This document shows, piece by piece, positions 29,718 through 41,240 of a DNA stretch of 64,000 bases. The stretch lies in contig DAIDIB010000001.1 in NCBI GenBank assembly GCA_027459575.1, positions 4,016 to 68,015 of the forward strand. The letters run 5' to 3'. Each line of letters opens with the position of its first letter. Position 1 is the stretch's first letter. The notes under the pieces were generated by a model, which was not told the origin of the DNA, did not search any database, and saw only the letters and a program-made list of their open reading frames with translations. Origin of the DNA: Gammaproteobacteria bacterium (GTDB lineage Bacteria; Pseudomonadota; Gammaproteobacteria; DSM-16500). Both the position numbers and the translations under genes were made by a program.

Positions 29718-30914
29718 CTAACGTCTCCGGCGATGCTTATGCTGCGACGGTTTTCTATTTGCAACATGACCCAGTTGTCTCGCAGGTGGCGCTTCCGCAT
29801 AATTAAAATCAGCCAGCTTGCACTGTTCCAGCTTTTTGCCAAGCACTTTTTCTATGCCGCGCACTTCTGATTGATCTTCCTGCGTAATCAAAGTAAATGC
29901 CTCACCTTCTTTCGCCGCGCGGCCTGTTCGGCCAATACGATGAATGTAAGCTTCCACCGTGCTGGGAATATCATAATTGATAACGTGTGATATGCTGGCG
30001 ACATCAATGCCGCGTGAAGCGATATCGGTTGCCACCATGATCTGCAAAGAGCCGTCACGAAATCCGTTCATCGCAATTTGGCGTTTATTTTGCGACAAAT
30101 TGCCCTGCAGTGAGGTGGCGCTAAAGCCCGCTTCCTGTAATTTAAGCGCGACTTTCTTCGCGGTGTGTTTAGTACGAGTAAATACTAGCACGGATTCTTT
30201 ATCTATCTGTTGCAGCAAATGAATTAATAGCGCTGTTTTGAGATGTGCAGGGACTGGAAATAATAATTGCTTCACAGACTCAGCGGGTGCGACGCGAGCA
30301 ATCTGAACTTTTAATGGATGATGCAAAATGTCATTCGCGAGTTGATGAATCGCATCCGGCATGGTCGCGGAAAAAAGTAAGGTCTGACGTTTTTTAGGTA
30401 AGTATTTTAATATGCGACGGATGTCCGGTAAAAATCCCATATCGAACATTTGATCGGCTTCATCCAGGACTAGCATTTCTACTTTTGCCAAACTCACTGC
30501 GCTTTGTTGAATTAAATCCAGCAAACGGCCAGGGCAGGCCACAATAATCTCCACACCATGACGCAGCGTTTTGATTTGCGGGTTGATATTAACGCCGCCA
30601 TATACTGTGACACTTCGCAGTTTGGTGTCTTTGGCCAGCTCACCGATCGCATCATGAATTTGCTGCGCCAGCTCGCGAGTAGGCGCAATAATCAACGCGC
30701 GCACTACATTTCGAGGGCCTGTTATCAGATGTTGCAAAATAGGCAACACGAACGCCGCGGTTTTACCCGTGCCTGTTTGGGCTAGGCCCATCACATCCTT
30801 GCCCGCCATAATGGGAGCGATGGTCTGGCTCTGGATAGGTGTAGGTGTGGTGTAACCTAATGTTTTAATATTAGATAAAAGAATAGGGTTCAAATAAAAA
30901 TCGTTAAAATTCAC
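29718..30914 (-). CDS. rhlE: DEAD-box RNA helicase (RhlE-like)
   Basis: PTPIQ, AQTGTGKT, PTRELA, DEAD, SAT, HRIGRTGRA; GTG start 30914. Confidence 0.88.
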   Translation of the reverse strand: MNFNDFYLNPILLSNIKTLGYTTPTPIQSQTIAPIMAGKDVMGLAQTGTGKTAAFVLPILQHLITGPRNVVRALIIAPTRELAQQIHDAIGELAKDTKLRSVTVYGGVNINPQIKTLRHGVEIIVACPGRLLDLIQQSAVSLAKVEMLVLDEADQMFDMGFLPDIRRILKYLPKKRQTLLFSATMPDAIHQLANDILHHPLKVQIARVAPAESVKQLLFPVPAHLKTALLIHLLQQIDKESVLVFTRTKHTAKKVALKLQEAGFSATSLQGNLSQNKRQIAMNGFRDGSLQIMVATDIASRGIDVASISHVINYDIPSTVEAYIHRIGRTGRAAKEGEAFTLITQEDQSEVRGIEKVLGKKLEQCKLADFNYAEAPPARQLGHVANRKPSQHKHRRRR

Positions 30915-31012
30915 AGGAGTTCCATAATAATCGTTGATAATAAGCCAGAATAGTAACACAACGAGGGGGAATATATGTGATATAATTATAAATAAGTATT
31001 GATAATAGCAGT

Positions 31013-32313
31013 GTGGTCATGGCCAATCAAAGGTTGTTCCATAAATTAGAATCAGGCACTTATAATTCATTATTTATGCTCATCCAAAAAAATACCACGT
31101 TGAATAAGGCTGTTGATGCCATTGATCCTAATGATGCGACTATGAAAAAATTGCTTGATGAAATTAAACAGGGAGTGTTTTTGCCAGATTCATTTTCAGA
31201 TAAAAATTGCGATATTTATTTACTACGATTATTTAAAGATAATAAAATTTCTTATCCTATATTTTTTACCGCCTATACTTACCTGATGGCTCTAATTGAA
31301 ACCAGGAATGTTGACTATAAATACGAGGATTTGGTTACCACTAAGGATGTCCGACCAGTTGAAGTATTCAATTTATGGGATGACAAAAAAAATCAACTAT
31401 CTAAAGAGGGTGAAAAATACATCAAAGAATTGTGTCATGTTTATGCTAATATGAGAGACTTTTTTAGTTCTGCCGTAAAATGATTGAGAGAAAAATTTGA
31501 AGGTCCAGGTCCGCTCGAAGAGCACTTTTATAAGCAGTTAACTTCATACATTACCAAACTCGACCCAGCTGAAAGAGTGGTATTTAAAATAAAGTTGCCA
31601 TACAGTGAATTTTTAGCTCAATTTACAAGTGCATATCCTTGTTTAAAGAGCGAGTCTGAAAGTGATATTACATTTTGCTCACCTTCGTATTCCTACATGA
31701 ATGGCTCAATAAGCAAATATGCAAAGAACCCATGCACCTGCAAGCGTGTTTCGGACGGTTATCTCGCGAAACGCTGCTAACTTGGCATCAAAATAATATG
31801 CACCCATATCCCATTTGTAGTCGGCATGTGAAAAATAATATGATTGAGGCTCATGGCAATCTCTGGGGCCCTTACACGATCTCCCAACATGACGTAGGAC
31901 ATGTTTTATTCAATTCAAATGCGCCCAAAGAAGATCGTGATCAGTTTCTGGCTGTTTCCCGTTTTTGCTTAACTTTAAGAGACCAGCTTGATAAAAATCC
32001 AGTTGAGCCAGATGCTCTTAATAATCAGCTCAAAAAGGCATTTGATGGTTGTTTTGATGAGCTTAACGATCTAGTGTTATTGGCTGGTTATAATCACAAC
32101 TGGAAGGGAAATGTCGAATCAGCTTTTAGCTATAAATTTATTAGGGGTGATTTTAACGCTACCAAAGTTAATTTATATCAATATTTTCAAAATTTAAAAA
32201 ATACGGGTAAACATCCTGAAGCGGTTCAAGCTGTTATTGATGCAACAATATCTGAGTTAGAGAAAAAATATCCTGAATTGGCGAAGACAACGAATCGTGT
32301 CATGCCAAGCTAG
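31013..32313 (+). pseudogene. Interrupted ~430-codon effector-like gene (premature TGA at 31481-31483, frameshift near 31723)
   Basis: ORF 31484 continues in frame directly after the TGA; third ORF overlaps in a shifted frame; His-rich motifs HG...GP...QHDVGH. Confidence 0.65.
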
Positions 32314-32340
32314 ACTTGTTAATCATAAAAATGAATTGTC

Positions 32341-32380
32341 GTAGCCCGGATGAAATGATTTTTGTTTCATCCGGGGGTAC
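32341..32380. repeat. GTAG-type REP-like palindrome
   Basis: GTAGCCCGGATGAAA-N-TTTCATCCGGGGGTAC between convergent genes. Confidence 0.85.
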
Positions 32381-32394
32381 AGTATCAATGTTTA

Positions 32395-33138
32395 TCACGC
32401 CTTGGGCATCACACTCTTATCTTCAAAGAAAGTCACCTTGCCCGTCGAAAGGTCTTGAATACCACCCACCAGGCCAATTTTGCCATTCTTGAGTAACTTG
32501 TTGAGCACCGGACTATTCGCCTGAATTTGTTTCATTACCAACAACACATTATCTACCGCAACTTCATCAACAAACTCATCGCTAGCACAATCCACCTTGC
32601 CGTTCTTTTTGGCGGCTTGCTGTACGGCCGGTTGAATTTTTTGTAGTAAGCCTGTGAGATTTCCCAGCTTTACTTTATTACACGCACCACGCACCGCGCC
32701 GCAACTGGTGTGTCCAATAACAGCGATTAATTTCGCGCCGGCGACTTGCGTGCCAAATTCCATACTTCCTAAAATATCTGCGTTTTGGATGTTGCCTGCG
32801 ATACGCGCCGCGAACATATCACCAATACCCTGATCAAAAACGATTTCCGGAGGTGTGCGGGAGTCAATGCAATTTAACACGACGATAACAGGATGCTGTT
32901 TAATCGCTGTACTACTCGCTTGCGCCATCAAATCACGATTTTTCATATTGCCGCTGACAAAACGTTGATTGCCATCTTTTAAACTTTGCAGTGCTTGTTG
33001 TGGTGTCATAGAGGCTTGTGTTGCAGCTGTATGAACGGCAGTGTGAGGTTGCTGCTGCATGTCTTCGGCAAACGATAAATTCGCCAATCCGAGGGCGCAT
33101 GCCATAAATGTGAGTTTGGATATTGTTACGTATTTCAT
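32395..33138 (-). CDS. Exported beta-class carbonic anhydrase
   Basis: Signal peptide ending ...LSFA; LKDGNQRF, CIDSR, RIAGN, GHTSCGAV Zn ligands. Confidence 0.92.
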   Translation of the reverse strand: MKYVTISKLTFMACALGLANLSFAEDMQQQPHTAVHTAATQASMTPQQALQSLKDGNQRFVSGNMKNRDLMAQASSTAIKQHPVIVVLNCIDSRTPPEIVFDQGIGDMFAARIAGNIQNADILGSMEFGTQVAGAKLIAVIGHTSCGAVRGACNKVKLGNLTGLLQKIQPAVQQAAKKNGKVDCASDEFVDEVAVDNVLLVMKQIQANSPVLNKLLKNGKIGLVGGIQDLSTGKVTFFEDKSVMPKA

Positions 33139-33258
33139 GGAAGAATCCCTTCTGTTGGAAATCGATAAGAATTAAGATCTACATGATAACATTTTAACCT
33201 GAACTAGCGTAGCAATGATAAAACGCGCTTTTTTGTGTCTGATCGGCTACTCAATTCC

Positions 33259-34539
33259 TCAGCCAGCGCCACCATTTAACAACGCCTTCGATCCACTTGC
33301 CTGCAATAACTGCGTACGCGATGCTTCAATTTCCGTTTCAACTCGCGCGATATTTCTAAATGCCTCACGCAGATCGATCAGTTCACCCTCAAGCGAAAAA
33401 TAACGGTTTTTTGCGACATCGAATGCTTTCTTGGCTAGCGCATATTCTTCTCTAAGATGTTGCAGTCTTACTTTCGACGAATGGATAATGAGATCATATT
33501 TAGCGTTCATCTGATTGAGATATTGTTTCTCAGCTTCCACATCTTCTGTCTTGGCGGACAATTGAGCTGAGGCGCGCTGAATTTCGCCAGATGTATGCAG
33601 ATCAACAAGTGGTAATATCACCGCGATACCACCCGAATAAGCTTTTTTTTGCACTTCCCGAGCGCTTGCCATTTCCCCAACGCTAGCAATGGCCAAAATT
33701 TTAGGATAAAAGCCCGATTTTTCCTGATTTAATCGCGATTGGGCCACTTTAGTGCTAACGATCGCTTTTGCCAGCAACGGACTGGATTCGATTCCCGTGT
33801 CAGGATTAAGCGAGCGAGTTAATTCTTTTGGCAGCGGTGGGCAGGAAAAATTTTCATTAGCGACATTCATGATAATCGCCAGCTCATGAATGGATTTTTT
33901 TAATCTGTCAGCAAAAAATGCTTGCTGCGTCTGAGCCTCTTCTGTTTGAGCTTTCGACAAGTAGCGATCGACAATGGATACTTGTCCAGTGTCTACGAAA
34001 TGCTGAACTTCATTGGTTATGACTCCTGATTCATGGCTTAAGCGACCCCATATATCGCGTTCTGTACGAAAAAAAGCACATTCATAATAGGTTTGCAGTG
34101 CAAGCTGCTTAATTTGATATAGAGTCACTCGAGTATCTTGTTTGCTCAGTTCAACCTCATGCCGTGAAGCTTCGACGTCATAATAAGTACGTCCAAAATC
34201 ATATATGATTTGTTGCGCTACCAGCCCCGCCCCATAACCCGATCGATAAGGTGAGCTCATCAAGCCACCCACACCTAGCAGTCCGTTAGACCCTGCAAAA
34301 CCGGTATCATCAATTGCTTCGGCACTAAGCGTAGGGTAGTAATTCGCTTTCGCCACATCCACGGATTTAGACGCGATGATTTCACGCATTTTTGATGCCG
34401 ACAGTCGCGGGCTGTTCATTTCGGTAAGGCGTAATACTTCATCAATCGATATATTTCTTGCTTCCTTTGCCCAGGTGTTACTGGAACAAAAAATAATTAT
34501 GACGCCTATTATAGATAGCTTAAATAGTTTATGTTTCAT
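33259..34539 (-). CDS. TolC-family outer-membrane efflux protein
   Basis: Signal peptide, two repeats (AKANYYPTLS / EKSGFYPKI), IYDFGR; start overlaps the RND gene end. Confidence 0.85.
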   Translation of the reverse strand: MKHKLFKLSIIGVIIIFCSSNTWAKEARNISIDEVLRLTEMNSPRLSASKMREIIASKSVDVAKANYYPTLSAEAIDDTGFAGSNGLLGVGGLMSSPYRSGYGAGLVAQQIIYDFGRTYYDVEASRHEVELSKQDTRVTLYQIKQLALQTYYECAFFRTERDIWGRLSHESGVITNEVQHFVDTGQVSIVDRYLSKAQTEEAQTQQAFFADRLKKSIHELAIIMNVANENFSCPPLPKELTRSLNPDTGIESSPLLAKAIVSTKVAQSRLNQEKSGFYPKILAIASVGEMASAREVQKKAYSGGIAVILPLVDLHTSGEIQRASAQLSAKTEDVEAEKQYLNQMNAKYDLIIHSSKVRLQHLREEYALAKKAFDVAKNRYFSLEGELIDLREAFRNIARVETEIEASRTQLLQASGSKALLNGGAG

Positions 34540-37500
34540 GCAATACCCGTTTCTTTTTGCGTTTATGTTTTTTGCCCAGCATGGTTCGATATAACACAGG
34601 CACGACAAAAAGCGTTAACGCCATCGAAAATAACTGACCGCCAATAACTGCTCTGCCAAGCGGTATGTTGGCCTCTGAGCCATGGCCAATGCCAATCGCC
34701 ATGGGGATGAGTCCTAAAATTGCTGCGAAAGAAGTCATGAGAATCGGGCGCAACCGCATTTTCGCGCCAGAGACAATGCCACGATTCAGGTAACCTTCTT
34801 TTAGTACATGGTGCGTAATGAATTCAATTAATAAAACGCCGTTCGCAACGGCTATGCCAATCATAAATATGGCGCCGATAGCGGCTTGTATGCTGAAATA
34901 AGTATCTGTGAATAGTAGCATGAAAACAATGCCAACTAGGCCGAGTGGAACAGAAGCCATAATAATAAGCGGTAGCAAAAATGAACGGAACTGCACCACA
35001 AGTATTAAGTACACGAGAATAGCGGCCAGTAAAAACCCGCCACCTAAAGCCTGTATGGAATGTTGCATTTCTGAAATTTCACCGCGAATGGTCGCGGTGT
35101 AATATAAGGGAAGATTAGTATGATCAATCACATTACGCACATCTTTGGATAAACCGCCAATGTCACGATCTTGCGCATCAAGGAAAATATCAATCACAGG
35201 ACGGAAATCAACATGATTTATTTCAGTCCAGCCAATTTTCTTGTAAATATTGGCGATCTGGCCAAGTGGCAGCACGCGTTGGCGTCCATATCCTTTTATT
35301 GGAATATTTGCCAACTCATCAAAGGTGGAAACTTGTTGCTGAGTAAATTGCACAGCTAAAAAGTAATCGATGCCTGTTTTCGGGTCGACCCATAGATTAT
35401 TGGTGGCAAATGTAGAGCTGCCCGTTACCGCGCTATCGACATTTTTGACGATTTCATCGGTAAAAATACCCAGGTTCATTGCTTTATCCCGATTAATATT
35501 AAGGTAGATGATGGGATCGTCAAATTTCTGCTGTACACGCACATCGACGGCGCCCTTTAACTTTTTAATTTTTTCCGCTAAAACGAGTGCAATTTTGTAC
35601 GATTCCTTCAGATCAGGTCCTTCAATTTGTATATCGATAGGCGCAAACAGTCCCATGTTAAGTGCGGATGATAACAAGCCACCAAGTTGTACGCTCATCT
35701 CAATATCAGGGAATTCTTTGCTTACTTTTTCTCTAATAATTTTTGCGTAATATTGCGAGCTATGTCTTCTATTTTTTGTTAATTCGACATTAAAAAAAAC
35801 ATCTTGCGTTCCAACATTCGGAGTAAATGCCGCTGGGAAGCCATAACCAATACCTGCGTTTGCAATAATCATATGCAAATCGTCAGGCTCTATCCATTCA
35901 CGGATTTTCTTGTCAAATTGTTTGGCAAAGTCGGTTGTTTTTTCGATACGCGTGCCTGAGGCGAGGCGCACATTTAACACAAAACTTCCCGCGTCAGCTT
36001 TTGGGAATAACTCAGTGCCAATGAACGGGCTTAGCAGAATGCCTACGATAAATAAAATCAGGGTGCCAACAAGTACTTTTTTTCTTTTGCGCAAAGCACG
36101 TTGCAATAAATTCCCATAGAGTTCTGTCAGATTAAAAATCAACTGATGCGTCCACCTAAAAAATGGCGGTAAACGCTTTAGTGAAACGGCTTCCAAACAG
36201 CGTGACGCAAATAGCGGCATGACTGTCATGGCGGCTATATAAGAGCCGATCATGGCAAAGATTACCGCGATGGCAAGCGCGGAAAATAATATTTTTACAA
36301 TGCCAGTTAAAAAAACCACTGGAAAAAGGACGATTAATGTAGCAAGTGTTGAGGCCAATACTGGCATGGCGACTTCAGACGCTCCTTTAAGCGCCGCATG
36401 TCGTGGTGAGTCACCTGACTCCAGTTTATTACTGATATTTTCTAACACCACAATCGAATTATCCACCAAAACGCCGATCGATAAAGCCAGTCCACCCAAA
36501 GTCATCGCATTAATGGTTTGACCTGTGGCCTGTAATCCGATAAATGCGGCTAAAATGGAAAGTGGCAAAGAAAGTAAAATACCGCCAGTTGCGCGGGGAT
36601 TCCCCAGGAAAAGAAAAATCATCAAAGCCGCCAGTCCGCCGCCTAACAAAGCTTCTTCCGTGATGCTATCGATGGCGTGTCGAATAAAAAAGGATTGATC
36701 TCCCACCAGTGTTAACACCGTTGGATTGGTCGCTCTTAATACTGCTTCAAGTCTTTTAATGGCTATTTTAACTTGATCAACAACCCGTATCGAGTTGCCA
36801 CCGGGTTCGCGATAAATCGGCACGTAAACTTGTTCTTTGCCATCGATTAATACAACGTTCGTCTGTATTAATCCTGAATCTTCCGCTTTGCCAACATCCT
36901 TGACAAACACAGGCACACCGTATTCAGCGCGTAAAGGAAAAGAGTTCATTTCTGCAACCCGATCCACCATGGCGTTGCTTTCAATTTGATAGTCAAAGTC
37001 ACCAATTTTTACATCACCGGAGGGGATAAATGAATTAAGGCGTGCAAGTCTGTCCAGTACACTGGTGAGCGAAAAGTTATATTGATCAAGTTTGGTGGGA
37101 TTGAGATAAATGACGATTTCTCTGAGGGTGCCTCCCATTACCGTTGGCGCCATCGCTCCAGGCACGGATTGTATCGCGTTGCGCACATCATATCGCGCGG
37201 TATCATAAACATGTTCAATGGTTTCGTTATTTTGACCAACCACCACCAATGCGAGTGGAATTGCAGCCATCGGATCAAAAGGCAGAATATAAGGCGGAAG
37301 GGTGCCGGGTGGTAACTGGCCCAAAACAGACATAACAAGAGAGGTGGTCTGCGATAAGGCAAAGTTGAGATCTGTCTCGTTTGTAAAGAAATTTTTGACA
37401 ATACTTACGCCGACTAATGATTCTGATTCTTGTCTTCTAATGCCAATCGCCTGACCTGTGTTGCGTTCAAAACGTGCCGTAAGTGTTTGTTCAACGTCTT

Positions 37501-37699
37501 TGACGGGCATCCCAGGATAAAAGGAGATTACCTGCACGGCTGGCAGATTGGCTGAGGGTAGTAAATCTTTTGGCAGGTTGAGAATAGCAAGTGTGCCCAA
37601 AATCACTATTATCAAGCAACCCACGACGATTAAATGAAAGTTATGAATAGCGATTGAAACCAGACCTTTCGAACCAAAACTTCCGTTGTTCTCTTCCAT
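34529..37699 (-). CDS. RND efflux transporter permease (AcrB/CusA superfamily)
   Basis: DLLP, INAMTLGGLALSIGVLVDNSIVVLENI, RLRPILMTS, PLGRAVIGG; likely ATG 37699. Confidence 0.93.
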   Translation of the reverse strand: MEENNGSFGSKGLVSIAIHNFHLIVVGCLIIVILGTLAILNLPKDLLPSANLPAVQVISFYPGMPVKDVEQTLTARFERNTGQAIGIRRQESESLVGVSIVKNFFTNETDLNFALSQTTSLVMSVLGQLPPGTLPPYILPFDPMAAIPLALVVVGQNNETIEHVYDTARYDVRNAIQSVPGAMAPTVMGGTLREIVIYLNPTKLDQYNFSLTSVLDRLARLNSFIPSGDVKIGDFDYQIESNAMVDRVAEMNSFPLRAEYGVPVFVKDVGKAEDSGLIQTNVVLIDGKEQVYVPIYREPGGNSIRVVDQVKIAIKRLEAVLRATNPTVLTLVGDQSFFIRHAIDSITEEALLGGGLAALMIFLFLGNPRATGGILLSLPLSILAAFIGLQATGQTINAMTLGGLALSIGVLVDNSIVVLENISNKLESGDSPRHAALKGASEVAMPVLASTLATLIVLFPVVFLTGIVKILFSALAIAVIFAMIGSYIAAMTVMPLFASRCLEAVSLKRLPPFFRWTHQLIFNLTELYGNLLQRALRKRKKVLVGTLILFIVGILLSPFIGTELFPKADAGSFVLNVRLASGTRIEKTTDFAKQFDKKIREWIEPDDLHMIIANAGIGYGFPAAFTPNVGTQDVFFNVELTKNRRHSSQYYAKIIREKVSKEFPDIEMSVQLGGLLSSALNMGLFAPIDIQIEGPDLKESYKIALVLAEKIKKLKGAVDVRVQQKFDDPIIYLNINRDKAMNLGIFTDEIVKNVDSAVTGSSTFATNNLWVDPKTGIDYFLAVQFTQQQVSTFDELANIPIKGYGRQRVLPLGQIANIYKKIGWTEINHVDFRPVIDIFLDAQDRDIGGLSKDVRNVIDHTNLPLYYTATIRGEISEMQHSIQALGGGFLLAAILVYLILVVQFRSFLLPLIIMASVPLGLVGIVFMLLFTDTYFSIQAAIGAIFMIGIAVANGVLLIEFITHHVLKEGYLNRGIVSGAKMRLRPILMTSFAAILGLIPMAIGIGHGSEANIPLGRAVIGGQLFSMALTLFVVPVLYRTMLGKKHKRKKKRVLHET

Positions 37700-37923
37700 A
37701 TGATGGCGCTTCCCGTGCTCACATAACCAGTTACAGGGGTTTAACCCCCCCAAGTATATTACCGCATGTAGCCGGCTTGACCCAAGGAATATCTGTGCAG
37801 GAATATCTGCGCGGGTTGTGGCGACCAGGTAAAACCGAAGCTTGCGCTCTATTTTTGCGAATTATCCTCGTATCTCGATCAAAAATACGCTACTATTTGT
37901 CCTTAATCGGAAGTGTTTAGTCT

Positions 37924-39723
37924 ATGCAAAATATAAGAAATTTTTCAATTATCGCTCATATCGACCATGGCAAGTCGACCTTGGCGGACAGGCTTATTCA
38001 GCGCTGCGGCGGCTTGAGTGAGCGTGAAATGCAGGCCCAAGTGCTTGATTCAATGGATCTCGAACGCGAGCGCGGTATTACTATTAAAGCGCACAGCGTG
38101 ACGCTCTATTACACGGCAAAAAATGGCCAGACCTACCAGTTGAACTTTATTGATACACCCGGACACGTGGACTTCTCTTACGAAGTGTCTCGCTCATTGG
38201 CTGCTTGCGAAGGTGCGCTGTTGGTGGTTGATGCCGGACAAGGCGTGGAAGCGCAGACTGTGGCTGTTTGCTATACAGCAGTGGAGCAGGGGCTGGTCGT
38301 CGTGCCAGTACTGAACAAAATTGATCTGCCCCAGGCCGACCCCGAACGTGTTTGTCACGAAATCGAAGATATCATTGGTATCGAAGCCCAAGACGCGGTG
38401 CGTATCAGTGCCAAGCAAGGGTTGGGTATTGATGACTTGCTCGAACGATTGATCAGAGACATCCCGCCGCCAGAAGGCAATCCCGATGCCCCATTGCAAG
38501 CACTGATCATCGACTCGTGGTTCGATGCTTATCTTGGTGTGGTCTCGCTGGTGCGCGTCAAAAACGGTGTGTTGAAATCCGGCGAAAAAATGCAGGTGAT
38601 GTCGACTGGCAAAGCCTATGAAGTAACAGGACTGGGTGTGTTCACCCCTAAACGTGAAGCGAAAGACAGCCTGAAGGCGGGTGAGGTAGGCTACGTGATC
38701 GCGGGTATTAAAGATATTAACGGCGCGCCAGTGGGTGATACCTTGACGCACGCGCACCGCGCCGCTACCGACATGCTGCCTGGTTTCAAAAAGGTGAAGC
38801 CACAGGTGTACGCGGGATTATATCCTGTCAGCGCGGATGATTTTCCCTCACTGCGAGAAGCCTTAAGCAAGCTGCGCTTAAATGATGCCGCTTTGCTGTT
38901 CGAACCCGAATCCTCCGATGCGTTAGGGTTTGGTTTCCGTTGTGGCTTCCTTGGCATGTTGCATATGGAAATTGTGCAGGAACGTCTGGAGCGCGAATAC
39001 AATCTGGATTTGATTACCACCGCGCCTACTGTTATTTACGAAGTATTAACTACCAAAGGCGAAATCCTGTTGGTGGATAGCCCCTCCAAACTGCCCGCGG
39101 TCAATTTTATAGATGAAATACGCGAGCCTATCGCAACGGCGCATATATTGGTGCCGCAGGAGCATCTGGGTAACGTCATTACATTGTGCGTTGAACGGCG
39201 GGGTCGTCAAAAGAGCATGTTATTCCATGGCAATCAGGTGGCGTTAGTCTATGAGCTGCCGATGGCCGAGATTGTGCTCGATTTTTTTGATAAACTAAAG
39301 TCTGTGAGCCGAGGTTACGCGTCACTGGATTATAGCTTTTCGCATTTTGAAGCGGCGGACCTGGTCAAGCTGGATATTTTGATTAATGGCGACAGAGTGG
39401 ATGCTTTGTCGTCTATTGTACATCGCGGCACATCACAAAGTCGCGGACGTTTGGTGACGGAGAAAATGCGTGAGCTCATCCCGCGTCAAATGTTTGACGT
39501 GGCGGTGCAAGCAGCGATTGGCGGTCAAATAATCGCGCGAACGACTGTTAAAGCGTTACGAAAAAATGTGACGGCGAAGTGTTATGGTGGTGATATTACG
39601 CGTAAGCGTAAATTGCTGGAAAAGCAAAAGGAAGGCAAGAAACGCATGAAGCAGGTGGGCAATGTGGAAGTGCCACAAGAAGCGTTCCTCGCCGTTTTGA
39701 AGATTGATGAGGGGAAGAAATGA
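37924..39723 (+). CDS. lepA: Translation elongation factor 4
   Basis: [39 protein letters not shown]. Confidence 0.98.
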   Translation: MQNIRNFSIIAHIDHGKSTLADRLIQRCGGLSEREMQAQVLDSMDLERERGITIKAHSVTLYYTAKNGQTYQLNFIDTPGHVDFSYEVSRSLAACEGALLVVDAGQGVEAQTVAVCYTAVEQGLVVVPVLNKIDLPQADPERVCHEIEDIIGIEAQDAVRISAKQGLGIDDLLERLIRDIPPPEGNPDAPLQALIIDSWFDAYLGVVSLVRVKNGVLKSGEKMQVMSTGKAYEVTGLGVFTPKREAKDSLKAGEVGYVIAGIKDINGAPVGDTLTHAHRAATDMLPGFKKVKPQVYAGLYPVSADDFPSLREALSKLRLNDAALLFEPESSDALGFGFRCGFLGMLHMEIVQERLEREYNLDLITTAPTVIYEVLTTKGEILLVDSPSKLPAVNFIDEIREPIATAHILVPQEHLGNVITLCVERRGRQKSMLFHGNQVALVYELPMAEIVLDFFDKLKSVSRGYASLDYSFSHFEAADLVKLDILINGDRVDALSSIVHRGTSQSRGRLVTEKMRELIPRQMFDVAVQAAIGGQIIARTTVKALRKNVTAKCYGGDITRKRKLLEKQKEGKKRMKQVGNVEVPQEAFLAVLKIDEGKK

Positions 39724-40514
39724 ATTTCGATTTTGAATTGATACTATTTTACGCCACGGTCATATCCGGTCTGATCTGCCTTTTTGACCTTATAGTTTTC
39801 GCGCCGCGGCGTAAGCGGGCAAATCGTGAGACTCGCAAAGAAGTGCCTCTGCCCATTGTTATTGATTACGCCTACTCATTTTTCCCTGTGTTGTTGATCG
39901 TCTTTCTCTTGCGCTCATTTTTATACGAACCATTCCGCATTCCATCGGGTTCGCTTGAACCAACGTTAACCAAAGGCGACTTCATAGTTGTGAATAAATT
40001 TGATTATGGCATACGCTTGCCGGTGATACATAAAAAAATCATTGATATCGGAAATCCGAAACGTGGCGATATTATTGTGTTCCGCTGGCCGCCAAACACC
40101 TCTTATGACTTCATTAAGCGCGTGATCGGTCTGCCAGGCGATCACATCAAATACGTTAATAAAGAATTGACTATCAACGGCATCAAAATTCCTCAAGATG
40201 ACCTGGGCAAGACAGAAGCGATTGATGAATTTGGTGATAAATGGATGGCAGATAAAAGAAGTGAAGATTTATTAGGCGTTAAACATGATATTTATCTTGA
40301 TCCGACCAAAACGCCATTTGATTATCAGGAAATTGTCGTGCCACCCAATATGTATTTTGTCATGGGCGATAATCGCGATAACAGCGCGGATAGTCGTTTC
40401 TGGGGTTTTGTGCCAGACAAAAATATTATCGGTAAAGCCGTGTTGGTGTGGTTAAGCTGGAACAATGATAATCACAGCATTCGATGGGATAGAATTGGCA
40501 AAGTTATTCATTAG
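39720..40514 (+). CDS. lepB: Signal peptidase I
   Basis: [42 protein letters not shown]. Confidence 0.97.
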   Translation: MNFDFELILFYATVISGLICLFDLIVFAPRRKRANRETRKEVPLPIVIDYAYSFFPVLLIVFLLRSFLYEPFRIPSGSLEPTLTKGDFIVVNKFDYGIRLPVIHKKIIDIGNPKRGDIIVFRWPPNTSYDFIKRVIGLPGDHIKYVNKELTINGIKIPQDDLGKTEAIDEFGDKWMADKRSEDLLGVKHDIYLDPTKTPFDYQEIVVPPNMYFVMGDNRDNSADSRFWGFVPDKNIIGKAVLVWLSWNNDNHSIRWDRIGKVIH

Positions 40515-40525
40515 CGAGTTTTTTC

Positions 40526-41191
40526 ATGCGTAATGAGTTGTCAGAAAAATTAAATTATGACTTTAAGCAAGATGAGTTGCTTAAACTAGCGCTGACGCAT
40601 CGCAGTAGAGGTGTCGATAATAATGAGCGTCTGGAATTTTTAGGCGATGCGGTGGTTAATTTTGTCATCGCGGAAATTTTGTATCATCGGTTTCCAACGG
40701 CGAGTGAAGGTGAGTTGAGTCGTTGGCGCGCAACGCTAGTCAATCGCGATGCTTTGGCGCAATTGGCTGCTCAATTTGATCTGGGTAAATATTTGTTGCT
40801 GGGACAGGGTGAGATGCGCAGCGGTGGAGCGGAGCGCCCGTCTATTTTGTCTTGCGCGATGGAAGCGATTATCGGCGCGGTTTACCTGGATAGTGGTTAT
40901 AATGTCGCGCGCGGCTGTATTGAAAAATGGTATCAGACACAATTGCAATCGTTATCGAGCGCTAGCAGTCATAAAGACGCTAAAACACAGTTGCAGGAAT
41001 ATTTGCAAAGCAAGCGCGCCTCCTTGCCTGTATACGCGGTGGATTCTATTGAAGGCGAAGCGCATCAACAAAATTTTATTGTTAGTTGCAGCGTGGATGA
41101 TTTGAAAGTTAAAACGGTTGGTACAGGAACAAGCAGACGCCGTGCGGAACAAGAGGCGGCGCAGGCGATGCTGGATGAATTGAAAAAATGA
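40526..41191 (+). CDS. rnc: Ribonuclease III
   Basis: ALTHRS, NERLEFLGDAV, dsRBD KTQLQEYLQ. Confidence 0.97.
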   Translation: MRNELSEKLNYDFKQDELLKLALTHRSRGVDNNERLEFLGDAVVNFVIAEILYHRFPTASEGELSRWRATLVNRDALAQLAAQFDLGKYLLLGQGEMRSGGAERPSILSCAMEAIIGAVYLDSGYNVARGCIEKWYQTQLQSLSSASSHKDAKTQLQEYLQSKRASLPVYAVDSIEGEAHQQNFIVSCSVDDLKVKTVGTGTSRRRAEQEAAQAMLDELKK

Positions 41192-41193
41192 AG

Positions 41194-41221
41194 CGTCGTC
41201 CCGGCGAAAGCCGGGATCCAG
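41194..41221. repeat. CGTC-type REP-like palindrome between rnc and era
   Basis: CGTCGTCCCGGCGAAAGCCGGGATCCAG. Confidence 0.9.
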
Positions 41222-41240
41222 GCTCTTACGGGTGCATTCT

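Noticed and set aside
31481-31483. Selenocysteine or alternative genetic code at the in-frame TGA
   Set aside because: No evident SECIS hairpin; TGA is a normal stop in many genes here; a second lesion in the same gene favours decay
37760-37850. SRP RNA or riboswitch upstream of lepA
   Set aside because: Lacks the SRP CAGG...GGAA...AGCAG core and any aptamer I recognise
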